A stretch of DNA of 64,000 bases from assembly GCF_964355755.1 (NCBI RefSeq), contig NC_092674.1, positions 8,990,001 to 9,054,000 on the forward strand. The letters run 5' to 3'. The DNA comes from Antedon mediterranea. Lineage: Eukaryota > Animalia > Echinodermata. The notes beneath the pieces were generated by a model. It was not told the origin of the DNA. It did no database searches and saw nothing but the letters and a program-made list of their open reading frames with translations. The translations under genes and the position numbers were made by a program. Shown in pieces: positions 51,437-64,000 of the stretch (position 1 is its first letter; the number at the start of each line of letters is the position of its first letter).

Positions 51437-53473
51437 AGGCATGCTTTCATATATTTCTAATTTTCTAATTCTGGAATAGGATTTATTTAATAACATGAGA
51501 AAAATTAATCCATATTTCTTTGGTTCTAGTTTCTATAGTCTAGTATTTCTATTTTACCAAAATTCAATGAATAAAATGAATGAAATTAAATTTTGAAAAT
51601 AAATTTAAATAAATTAAAACTCATTTTGAAGAAATTTTATGAACAAGTGAACAAGAAATAAATCATAATATAAACGTATCAGTATTAGTTTGACAGACTT
51701 TTACTAATGGAATTATCTCCTTTTACTAAATCTATATAGTCATTATGAAGGCTTTTATCTCCTTTAAGAAGGCTCTTACATTCAATTTACAACACCCCTC
51801 TGTTTGCAAATCAAGAAAATTCAATATATATTCATCTTGATTGAAAATCAGAAACAAGGGTGATTATTATACCAGTTAGTTGTACAAGGTATATAGGTTA
51901 TGATTTTATTATATTTTGTCAACCACTCATTACCTTATTTTGCTATAGCTTACTAGTAATTAACCAATTTTGTAAGTAAAAAAAATAGCACCGTACAAAG
52001 ATAAAAATTAATTTTAAAAGTCCATTGATTGGCAAGAATGGAAGTCCTCAGCACATATCGGAATTGAATCAAGATTAACTTTTTTATATCATCCAATCAC
52101 AGTATAAGAATTTATTAGGCATTATTTAAAATATTATATGACAAAATTTTTTAAACAAATTATAGCTGTTATTATTTCAATTATTATAATAGGTAAAATT
52201 GTCTTTCAACAAATTAGTTACTTTCGATGACAAAACAGTTTTGTCACTTATGAAGTTTTTTAATTTGAAGTTTGTAAAACATTTTTGAGAAGGTCCCTGA
52301 CTATTTTATAGGCTGTCATACCATTCATTCCATAATGACATGAAACAAGAGAAATCTTGTTAGTCCAGAAGAGATAAATTTACTGAACATAAATAAGAAT
52401 AATGATAAGGATATAATTATAATTGCAAGTCATTTACTATCTTCCACAGATGTAAATGTGATGCAAAAATCTGATGAAAACCAGATTTATATCAGAGCCT
52501 TTGAAGATAGAGCTTTCTTGAAGCATTTTTTCATATTTTTGTAATTGTTTTGTATTTCACAAACACAACCAATACTGTACAAGAAACAAAACTAATTGAT
52601 ATAAATTGCACACCACTGGTCACACTGTAGGCTTCTTGTGTGTGTGTATATATATAGTTGTACTCTGATTTTCAGTGGAGAGAGGATATTTTTTTAATTT
52701 ATTTATTTTTAATATATTTAATTATATTGTATTAAGACAGTCATCAATGTTGATTTATGTTATCATTTTGAATTAAACTGACACTGAGTCTTTAAAACAT
52801 GAAGAAATTTTGAATCACTACATACATTTTCAACTTCAACAAAACCATAAAATAAAAAATGTTTCTGCATACTCGCGAAGATCAAATGTTACAATTTTAT
52901 CAGAATTTAGTATTTGAAATTTAAAAATAAAATTTTAATGTACAGGTTATTTTTTTAAGCTATTTTCTAACCTTAATATAAGAATTGTAGAATTAACTAA
53001 AAAGTACATAAATTTCCCCAAATTTTTTAACTTTACTACCCCAACAAAAATGTAGACTAACTAAAATATGTTTTGTGACGGCTATGTCTGATGAAAACAA
53101 TAAACAAACTATAATGAGGTCACCGAGATGAGAAGTAATTTAATCAGCAAAAGAGATGGTGAAAATGCAAATGAGAAATTAGCGTGTCAAAAACAGCAAT
53201 GATTCAAACGGCAAACGACAACCAGCAGGTACAAAGTATGCATAAATTATTTATTTAGAAAAACAACCAAAATTTATCAGACAGTATAGATTTTAATAAT
53301 ATTTTATTAAAAGATGTTATTAAATATATCTTTTTTTAATTAATTGTAGTGGTCTTAAATTCTATCTTCTAAAAAAATTCATCATAATAAAAATCAGTGT
53401 AATAAACTATTTTCCCTCAAGCCAAGACTGAAGTAAACATACTTATGAGATGATCCTATTAGTAGCATATTAT

Positions 53474-53640
53474 CTGTACTGTATCTATAAGTTGTCCAGT
53501 ATCATAGACATGTTCTGTAATACAGTGTCACATATGTATCACATGTGACATCTGTAAAATAGGCCATAAGCCTAACCTAACACTAACCTTAACACTAGGA
53601 GCCACATGTGATACATATGTGATACGTATTAATTTGCCTG
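53474..53640. mobile_element. Dispersed foldback repeat (other copies about 21335-21510 and 39530-39730)
   Basis: Shared CTGTATCT...ACAGTGTCACATATGTATCACAT arm, its inverted copy, and a CCTAAC-rich centre. Confidence 0.65.
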
Positions 53641-54064
53641 CAATACTGGATGGATAAATGCCATATGCGAAGATACTGTACATATAATAGTACGGAAAAT
53701 CTGGAGCTACTAAAAAAACGTATATATAGTATAATACTAATTTACCAAACTCTGCATAAATTTTCTATGAAAGCAAGGCAATGGAAAGCTATATTAAACA
53801 ACAGTCATAGAAACAGCCTGTATCATCAATCACATGCTGTCGCAGTGAAGCAGGATAATTATTACGCTGATATTTTACTGGTTGATAAAATTGCGCTTGT
53901 TCTACAACTGACGAACTCGTAAGCATCCATTTAAAGTTCGTTCATCCTGATGTAGTTAATGAAAATGTAAACATCTAATATATTGCTAGCAGTGGATGAC
54001 ATTTGTGAAGCAATAGTAGATTACCTAATGGTTAAATAATTTTTAAGTTTGGGATTAATGATTA

Positions 54065-54580
54065 AAAAAAAACCAGATATTGATAATAAAATAGTATTAT
54101 TAACATAACAAAACCCATCTTGGATTACAATCTAGGTAAATATAATTGTTCATAGGATGATATTAATGAAATTAAGCTGAGCGATATTATTAAAATAAGT
54201 CAGAAATCTGTAAATTAATAAAATAGCTTTATTAATTAAGAAGGTTTAAGAATACTGATAAAGAAAAAAAATAAAAAAACAGATATTGATAACATAAAAT
54301 AGTAACAACTAAAGCAGTTTCGGATTACAATCTAGGTAAATATAATTGTTCATGGGATGATGGAAATTAAGCTGAGCGATATTACTGAAATTAGTCAACA
54401 ATCTGTAAATTAATAAAATAACTTATTAATTAAGAAAGTTTTATATTACTGAAATATTAAAAAAACAGATATTGATAACATAAAATAGTATAAAAACAAC
54501 AAAAACAGTCTTGGATTACAATCTAGGTAAATATAAATGTTTCATGGCATGATAGAAATTAAGCTGAGCGATATTACTAT
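54065..54580. repeat. About 200-bp tandem repeat, about 2.5 copies
   Basis: GGATTACAATCTAGGTAAATATAA...GAAATTAAGCTGAGCGATATTA occurs three times. Confidence 0.9.
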
Positions 54581-57500
54581 ATAAGTGGTTTTCTGAAATA
54601 GCGTACACAGTATAATATGTAATATTACAGCCATTGTGAAACTCGCTGTTGGTATACTGGAAATTAATTAATGTGATGATGAAATCTGGGAGAATGAGAA
54701 AAAAGTGAACATAAAATGTAGTGAAAGATATTTTACTTAAATAGAGTTCTTTCTTATAGTTTCTTTCTACACAAAAGATCATGATTCAATCCATGTTTGT
54801 TTGTTTGTTTGTTTTATTAGTTTCTCCACACATTTCAAAATAAAAGATAAAAATTACAAATTACAAATAAGAAAGACACATAACTTAAACATTACAATAA
54901 ACATAAAAACATCAAAAATGTGCAGATGGAGGTCAAAATAAGTTGCGGACAACTTGTTGTATCATGATTTTCGGCCTTCACTGAACACATTACAAATTAA
55001 TTGATCTATTATTAGAAGTGTGGTTCCATTTAGTGTTCATTCATCTTTCTATTATTATTCTCTGTTGTGTCTTAATGAAAATTTAATAAATAGTCAATAA
55101 CTATAATTAACTTTCAAGGGAACTGTAGACTGTAATTGATACAACTGCAGTGATCGCATGAAATAGTATTTTGTTTACCAACTGAAAACATCATCCAGGA
55201 CTATTTTGTTAAATACTGGAGATCTTCTAAATTAGAATCAATTTTGAGTAAAGTCTGAAATAAAAACATAGTTGAACGGGCATTGACTTTGACATTAACA
55301 TTCAAATCAGTCTTAAATTAGACCTACTGTATTGGTGTATCGATCATAGTTTTTTATCTAGCCTTAGGGCTGAACTGAGCTGAACAGGGCTCAGTTTAAT
55401 TTGTTTACGAGTCGGCATTACTGTAAGTGGAAATGTACTATTTCTCTTTATTTGGAAGAAACAAATATTTATGGCAAAATCAAGAAGAACTTTAGTTCAG
55501 GGATCAGATATGACGGTGGTTAATATCACCGAAATATTCATTCAATCTAAACATTTAGTGTTTTATTCTCTTCCAGAAGATAAACCAAAATTAAACCTTT
55601 CTATAATTGTATAGCGCATTTAATGTATAGTACATTATTCAGTCAAAGTGGAATAAACTTGTAATCATGTGTAATGTCCATTTAAGATGTATCATTAAAC
55701 CGCGAGAATATGAACAAACTCTAATAACAAGTCGCAAAACACCTATGGGATTTGGGCTTCATTGGAGCGTATATAAGGAACTTGTCAGCTCATCTTTTTC
55801 ATCATCACGATAACAAATGGATTCATAGGGATGATAGTGAATTTTAACGATTGATATACGAGGCAGTAATCTAAAATCGCATGTAAAGACATTATAAAGG
55901 TGTTAATGAAGCGTCTTGATTATGCATGTATGTGTTCTAATGTTGGGCAATATTTTCTCAAAGAGCAATGTGAAAATAACCACAATGGCCGGAATGCACA
56001 AGTATAGTATTGTATTAAATCTTACTTTTAATGAATGTCCCTATGTAAATTCATAGGAGTTCTAAAAATAGTATATTTTGTTGTTATTCCAATCAGATGT
56101 TAACCATACCATGTAGGTTTAATGGTAAAACTTCATGATGGTAGGATGGCAGCAGAAGCAGGCATATTAAGGAGAAGATGCTTGGAGATGCCTTTTCTTC
56201 TCATCTGCACTGTTTATAAATCAATTTATTAGTTTTCAGTAATCACTGGACAGTTTCTCTCATTATTAAATATTTTTTCAAAAGCCTGATATATGAAACG
56301 AATCACAAAATGGTAAAAAGAGACAGAAAATTTATAACAGTTTTAAATTTTACATAAAAGGTATAGTTTTACTTTTAGTATCATGCATATTTCAAACATT
56401 TCTTATGCTGTTGCCAGTTTTAAAAAACCATTTAAATATAAAAAGCTTTTAAAATTTAATTTAGGTGTACAAATCTTCAAAATCCAGAAAAAAGGTAGCT
56501 TTATTTAACATCTAAGTATACATACATATTGTAGTTTATATAACATTTAAAAAACAACAGATCATTCCTTGTATAATTTAAACTAAGTTTACTTAATTAT
56601 TGCTTCATTTCCTTTTGTTTTTTTTTTCAATAAAAAATTTAACCTTATTTCTAAATCCAGGTGTACCTCCGACTACATGGCTAAATATGTACAAGATAAA
56701 GCTGTGTCTTGTATAATCCAAACAGTTACAATAATCATTTAATTACTGTTCTGGTGAACATAAACATTAAAGCCGTTGTTTACAATAGACAAGAATTGCA
56801 CGGTAATGTATTTTCAGGCTTATAGAAATGGTTATATTATCAGCGAAAGTTGACGTGAATCACAGAGTAATGTATGTGCTGGCTTAGAAACATTTACGTC
56901 AGATGCAAGTACAAAGACACTGTAAATGAATGAAGGAACAGTTAGCATCGTTAAAACACACGTCATAGCTGACCTGAGCGTAATGAAAATGGCAAGAAAT
57001 ATAATGCCTTTTAGGATAACATCTCAGACAGAACTAATTAAAAGTGTTTAAACTTTACATGTATAAATTAATTCCATAAAATATTTAATATTCAGTACTA
57101 CTATATTCACATGCTCTGTATATTAAGATTTTGATTTGATTTGATTTATTTGCATCTCATTAAAACATGCACAGTTTATTATAGTACAATATATCATTTT
57201 AATTTAAAAAGACAGATACAAAGATGCAGGATAGCCCATGAAAGTCCCGATGTGGGACTTATTTCTAATGGGGTCATCAATAACAAATTAAGAAAAGACA
57301 AAAACAGCAAAGACAAAAAAATTAGAATACATAAAAACATATTTAAAAATACTGGTACATTTAAAATATTACTTTACCATTGATTCACTATCACAGGCTC
57401 TAATTCTAAGATAATCCTTAACTTTTATTTTTAAATGTTCTATTGATTTGATAAAGAATTCCTTTCATATCAAAAACTTTGAAATGATAAGATGGGAAAT

Positions 57501-58310
57501 TCTTATATTCACACACAATTAAGAGCAATATTTTATAGCACAATTCTTAATAATTAATATATATATATATATAAATCCAAAGGCAAATTACTGAAAATGA
57601 CAATGCTGTGGGTATCAGTGGCTGGATCTCAATGGAGATACAAAAAAAAGCGAAAAGCTAAAACAAAACGATAAAGTAAAACAGATATAGATTAGATTAT
57701 AATGCAACCTACATGTTTACTTTACTATCTACCTATTTATTCAGTAATTCATTTCATGACAAATTTATATAAAATTTGTGGAAAAAAGATGCATTTTAAA
57801 ACAGTACTACTGGTAGTCTAAATTTTCATTATTAAGATTGACTGTAACAGTAATCAGTAATCATGTTCCAACATTCACTAATATAACAATAGACTAACTA
57901 CAGCCATGTACAGCCAATGAAACTGTACAGAAAATTCATTTTTGTAGTTTCAAAGCCTTTGTAGAATAAACATTTGAGAAGAGTGCATTAATATATGATT
58001 ATAGCACAAATTGGTTTAGGGAAACTTACAGATCAAAATTAAATTGCAAATTAATGTCTAAATGAAATATTAGATGAAATATATACAACATTAGCAATTG
58101 GAACATTGATGTATTAATATTAATAAACATCATATACAGTATGGATTATACACATGAATTTAAAACACATACTCTCCATTAATGGTGCCGGAAATGAACA
58201 CAGATTTTTAACTAATAGTTCATAATATAGATTTTTAATTTATATCTAAATCACATCAAATTGGATGACATTTAAGAAATAAAAGAATTTGGTACAAATT
58301 ATATTAACAC

Positions 58311-58325
58311 AATTGTCAATTAAAG

Positions 58326-58368
<43 letters not shown>

Positions 58369-58382
58369 TTTAATTGACAATT
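58311..58382. repeat. Near-perfect palindrome with (TA)n centre
   Basis: AATTGTCAATTAAAGTATATATA...TATATATACTTTAATTGACAATT. Confidence 0.9.
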
Positions 58383-58910
58383 AATAATTGGATATTACGC
58401 TCCTCTACTTTCTGCTATATACATATATAGTATGTTGTTTTGTAGAGCACTCTTCATTTCGAAACGGTGCATTTTTGTTGTGAATACTATTAGCATTTTG
58501 CAAAGCACGCTCGTTGAGCTTGTGCACTCTTTGTGTTCATAATCGGTGTACCATGTCCCGCATACCTGGCTCAGCCAATATATTGTGCCAGTTCTGCGGT
58601 ACATTTCATTTCGAAACCTGAGCTGCACTGACGAGATCTAAATATTAGGGGTTACCCCGGTGTATTAGTACATCACAGCCACTGATCACCAACTGGGCCC
58701 TCTGGGAGACCAGTCTTTGACTGAAGAGGTTACCCAGTATAAATATAAATTTCAATCATTCAATCAATCAATCAATAAGATCGAAACAGTACTGTCTGCA
58801 GATTGGATACATATATAAATTTCTGGTGGGCGTGCATACAATTGAGGGACTATAGTGCTGTTCAATGTTAAGGAGTCGCTATCCAATCGAGTTTGAACAA
58901 TACCATGAAA

Positions 58911-58985
58911 GTCCCAGTGTTCTAATGGTTAGGACATCTGCATATCAAGCAGAAGGTTCGGGGTTTGAGTCTCGATTTGGGCGAC
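58911..58985 (+). pseudogene. tRNA-like sequence (pseudogene or SINE head)
   Basis: A box AGTGTTCTAATGGTTAGG, stem-loop TCTGC-ATATCAA-GCAGA, B-like GGTTTGAGTCTC; acceptor stem imperfect. Confidence 0.55.
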
Positions 58986-59881
58986 TTTTTCTCATTCTCA
59001 GTTTTCCTCATCTTTATCGTTTCAAATTAATTAATTAAATTTCAGTATTCACCAGGTGGTTTAGAATTAATGTTCTGTGCCTGATGTGTTTATATATATT
59101 CATTAATAAATGAATTTCAAATGTACACCTTTATCTAGACAGTACAACATGCTTAATATGGAAATGGAAAGGTACAAGGTACATGAAAAATAAATAGACT
59201 TGTATTTTGTATTTGAGAATCATAGTGTTTGCTTTTAGTTTTGTCTACTAAGATTCAAGTTTGGAGTCTGACCCACAAAAAAAAACATGTCTTCTTCACA
59301 GTGGATTTGAAAAATAAAAATTTACTTAAAGTCATGGGAACTAGATCCTTGGTTTGCACTTGGATTATTCATGCTGTTAGTTTGACCATGGTTTTACCAA
59401 GAACTATTGGTAAAACAGGTATTGCTTGGTAAAATTAACTATAGAGCTTTGTTATACCTCCATGGTTAACTTAAAATATCTTATTTCTTTATACTAATTT
59501 TAATATTATTATGATTGTAGTACACTGAAAGTATCGTTTTTGTTTTTATTTATTATTTTATGTAGTAAATTGTATTAGTTTAAATGTATGTGTATTGTTT
59601 CTGGGGTCTTTCTTGAGACAAGAAACTTGATTTCTTCTAGAGAAGACCCAAAATGATGGCTTATTACTAATGTTTTTATTTATGTACACACCTATATATT
59701 ATACTGTATAATGCCATTGTTGAACAAATAAATGTTTTTTGAACTTGAACTTAACCGTAAAGGCAATTGTACAAACATTTTTATGAGACTTTTTTGGGTA
59801 AATTTAGCAGACGACTTTGTTTATTCAAACAGATCGAGGTGATCAAGGCTTCATCCAAAATAAAATGGTTGGCTGTACAAT

Positions 59882-60283
59882 TTTCTGTAGTTAAATATTT
59901 GATGTTTTTGAGTTTCTGTAGTTAAATATTTGATGTTTTTGAGTTTCTGTAGTTAAATATTTGATGTTTTTGAGTTTCTGTAGTTAAATATTTGATGTTT
60001 TTGAGTTTCTGTAGTTAAATATTTGATGTTTTTGTGTTTCTGTAGTTAAATATTTGATGTTTTTGAGTTTCTGTAGTTAAATATTTGATGTTTTTGAGTT
60101 TCTGTAGTTAAATATTTGATGTTTTTGAGTTTCTGTAGTTAAATATTTGATGTTTTTGAGTTTCTGTAGTTAAATATTTGATGTTTTTGAGTTTCTGTAG
60201 TTAAATATTTGATGTTTTTGAGTTTCTGTAGTTAAATATTTGATGTTTTTGAGTTTCTGTAGTTAAATATTTGATGTTTTTGA
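59882..60283. repeat. 31-bp tandem repeat, 13 near-identical copies
   Basis: TTTCTGTAGTTAAATATTTGATGTTTTTGAG, contiguous, no spacers. Confidence 0.97.
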
Positions 60284-61649
60284 GAAAACTATAGACAAAC
60301 ACTTCCTAACATACATAAAATAAACAACTACAATGATATTACAGTATATGGAACCCAATAAGTATGGTTTGTGCAACTACCGTACATAGACTGTAAATTC
60401 TGTTTTCATAATAACTGATAATCTGGTTTAACAATCGACTGTTATTACTTTCTTAAATTTATTCATAACTACGATATCGAAAACCTGTTTAAGTCAAATT
60501 CATGAATTTCTCTAAATTCATATTTGACTATTCATAATGTAAAATGAATATGAAATTGAAAATACAATAATTATTTATTAATGCTTGCCAATGGCAAAAC
60601 AGTTTACAAATGATTAATTTGGATGTTTAAAAAAAAACCAAATAGAATAGCAAAATAAAATAAGATATTGTGAAATTTTGGTGATCATTGACATTTAACT
60701 TTTTGAGATAATTGACACAACACAATCTGTACAGGGAGAAATAAACAATAACAAAAAATGTATTTGATACAATAACAATAGGTGATCATTTTATTCTATA
60801 AATAATAATAATAATAATTTATTTGGAGATATGAACACCTAATTATCACAACTGAACCATGAATTCTGGCTATACTGTCTAGAGCAATATCTAATATTTT
60901 CAGAACAGTAATGTGATGTTCGAAAGTTGGTGATGATATTAACATGTTGGCTACGAGTGTTGAGGTAACTGGAAACTTGTCAACACAAATTTTTCAAACT
61001 GCATGTATACGTCATAGAACATCATAGGGTAGTGCAGAGAAGATAACGTACTTCCATTATGTATGTCAAATGATACAATGTAGTGGCACCCTCTGTGTTT
61101 AATAAATTACATTTCCGACGAGGTATAACCAGGAAATAATAATGGTGGTTATTGTTTACAATAATTAGGGAGCTTAGATTAGCTGCGGCCGACTTTGAAT
61201 TAAATATGTTGTGTTCATTGTTTACATCCAAGTTTGAGGTGGCCTTTAACCTCGCACATTTTCTCATCTTCTTTGAGAAAATTTTTTAATTATTTCATTT
61301 ATTACTGTTACATAATAATCACAACAAGGAACTGAACTAGATGCTAAACTGAAACACACATCTTGTATTTAATTAAATCTCTGTACTAGAGATGAACTTT
61401 GTAAACAATATTACATTAATATTACAAAGTAGCCAAGAGGGAAATGCATGATTTATATCTAATATGAGAACAGGCTGATATTGATCTACTGGTAAAACTG
61501 ATTTGCCATATTTCAATAGAACAGAGATAAGCTTATGATAATAATTGTACTGCAATCATAAAATTTGAGATACACAAATATTTTTTGTCTCTTGAGAAAT
61601 GACTCGGTTTTCAACATCTAGGATTTGTAGGAATAGAGTATAAAGAAGT

Positions 61650-63603
61650 AAGAGAAAGAGGATGTTGATAAGAGGGAGGATGTTGAGAAGGAGGATGCTG
61701 ATGAGAGGGAGGATGCTGATGAGAAGGAGGATGTTGATAAGAGGGAGGATGTTGATGAGAGTGAGGATGTTGATGAGAGTGAGGATGATGATGAGAGTGA
61801 GGATGCTGATGAGAGGGAAGATGTTGATGAGAGGGAGGATGCTGATGAGAGGGAGGATGCTGATGAGAGGGAGGATGCTGATGAGAGGGAGGATGCTGAT
61901 GAGAGGGAAGATGTTGAGAAAAGGGAAGATGTTGATGAGAGGGAGGATACTGATGAGAGGGAGGATACTGATGAGAGGGAAGATTCTGATGAGAGGGAAG
62001 ATGTTGAGAAAAGGGAAGATGTTGAGAAAAGGGAAGATGTTGATGAGAGGGAGGATGCTGATGAGAGGGAGGATTCTGATGAGAGGGAGGATGTTAATGA
62101 TGAGAGGGAGGTTGCTGATGAGAGGGAGGATGTTAATGATGAGAGGGAGGATGCTGATGAGAGGGAGGATTCTGATGAGAGGGAGGATGTTAATGATGAG
62201 AGGGAGGTTGCTGATGAGAGGAAGGATGTTGATGAGAGGGACGATGTTAATGATGAGAGGGAGGATGCTGATGACAGGGAAGATGTTGAGAGGGAGGTTG
62301 CTGATGAAAGTGGGGATGCTGATGAGCGGGAGGATGCTGATGAGAGGGAGGATGCTAATGAGAGGGAAGATATTGAAGGGAAGGTTGCTGATGAGAGGGA
62401 AGATGTTGATGAGAGGGAAGATGTTGATGAGAGGAAGGATGGTAATGAGAGAGAGGATGGTAATGAGAGAGAGGAAGTTGATGAGAGGGCGGATGTTGAT
62501 GAGAGGGAGGATGTTGATGAGAGGGAGGATTCTGATGAGAGGGAGGATGTTAATGATGAGAGGGAGGTTGCTGATGAGAGGAAGGATGTTGATGAGAGGA
62601 AGGATGTTGATTAGAGTGGGGATGCTGATGAGAGGGAGGATGCTGATGAGAGGGAGGATGCTAATGAGAGGGAGGATGCTAATGAGAGGAATGATGCTGA
62701 TAAAAGGAAGGATGCTGATGAGAGTAGGGATGCTGATGAGAGGGAGGATGCTGATAAGAGAGAGAATATCTGATGAGAGTGGGGAAAGCTGATGGGAGGG
62801 AGGATGTTGATAAGAGGGAGGATTCTGATGATAGGGAGGTTTCTGATGAAAGGGAGGTTGCTGATGAGAGAGGGGATGTTAATGAGAGGGATGATGCTGA
62901 TGAGAGAGGGGATTTAATGAGAGGGAAGATGTTGAGAAAAGGGAAGATGTTGATGAGAGGGAGGATGCTGATGAGAGGGAGGATTCTGATGAGAGGGAGG
63001 ATGTTAATGATGAGAGGGAGGTTGCTGATGAGAGGAAGGATGTTAATGATGAGAGGGAGGATGCTGATGATGAGAGGGAGGATGCTGATGACAGGGAAGA
63101 TGCTGATGACAGGGAAGATGTTGATGACAGGGAAGATGTTGAGAGGGAGGATGCTAATGAGAGGGAAGATGTTGAGAGGGAGGTTGCTGATGAAAGTGGG
63201 GAAAGCTGATGAGAGGGAGGATGTTGATAAGAGGGAGGATGTTGATAAGAGGGAGGATGTTGATAAGAGGGAGGATTCTGATGATAGGGAGGTTTCTGAT
63301 GAAAGGGAGGATGCTGATGAGAGAGGGGATGTTAATGAGAGGTAGGATGCTGATGAGTGGGAGGATGTTGATGATAGGGGATGATGATGAGAGGGATGAT
63401 GTTAATGAGAGGGAGGATGCTGATGAGTGGAAGGATGTTGATGATAGGGGGGATGATGATGAGAGGTAGGATGCTGATGAGAGGGAGGATGTTGATGAGA
63501 GGAAAGATGTTGATGATAGGGGGATGTTGATGAGAGGGATGTTGATGAGAGGGAGGATGGTGATGAGAGGGAGGATGGTGATAAAAGGGAGGATGTTGAT
63601 GAT
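61650..63603. repeat. About 2-kb purine-rich 18-bp minisatellite (GATGAGAGGGAGGATGYT)
   Basis: Roughly 100 imperfect units; generates the low-complexity ORFs at 61662-63609. Confidence 0.95.
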
Positions 63604-64000
63604 TTTCAATTCAATAATAACAACATTTTTCCAAATATCTATAGTTTTCTAAATCAAGAGCCTCCTACACTGTTTACCACTCATTAAGTAATATATGTAT
63701 TTGATGTTGCATATCATATTTCTTAAGATACTTGTTTGAAACTGCTATACCTTCTCTGATAGTCGATATTGACTTGTTATGATATTAGGTTGACTTTTGA
63801 TTATCATGATAGTGGCAAACTAATAATTAATGTCAGTAAATGAAACCGATCAAGTTACCAATAATTTAAACAAAATCACTTGAATGATACTACGAGATAG
63901 AATTACCATGTTCATATATGTGCAATGATCAATACCAAACCTAACTTTTCCAAAATAAAATGTACCGTACTCATGTTATTCTCGAGCAAACCAGATGTAT

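Noticed and set aside
59882-60283. 31-bp repeat array as a CRISPR array
   Set aside because: Units are contiguous with no unique spacers, there are no cas genes, and the context is a eukaryotic intron.
61662-63609. 376-aa MRGRML-repeat ORF and neighbouring ORFs as protein-coding genes
   Set aside because: They are by-products of an 18-bp minisatellite, with frame switches and no unique sequence or splice structure.
49611-64000. Further UNC80 exons or a nested gene in the large upstream intron (e.g. about 53860-53950 and 61022-61267)
   Set aside because: No UNC80-like peptide or phase-compatible exon with credible splice sites was found.

Overview
AT-rich eukaryotic (animal) genomic DNA, not prokaryotic. 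It is probably from an invertebrate deuterostome; that is an inference from the UNC80 sequence and Deu-domain-like SINEs. The window is dominated by one minus-strand, many-exon gene, unc-80/UNC80, a scaffold subunit of the NALCN sodium-leak channel complex. I traced 49 exon positions by hand from 49610 down to a TAA stop at 5185-5187, with GT-AG boundaries and consistent phases (about 2380 codons). The 5' part of the gene lies beyond the window, after an intron of more than 14 kb. Introns carry MITEs, tRNA- and 5S-rRNA-derived SINEs, LINE tails and several minisatellites. The most notable signal is an apparent alternative-splicing programme: a tandem-duplicated pair of 79-nt mutually exclusive exons, a 24-nt microexon with a GC donor and SRRM/RBFOX-type motifs, and a candidate microexon cluster that could replace an 83-nt exon. 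Most supplied ORFs are exon read-throughs or artefacts. Homology statements come from recalled sequence, not from a database search.
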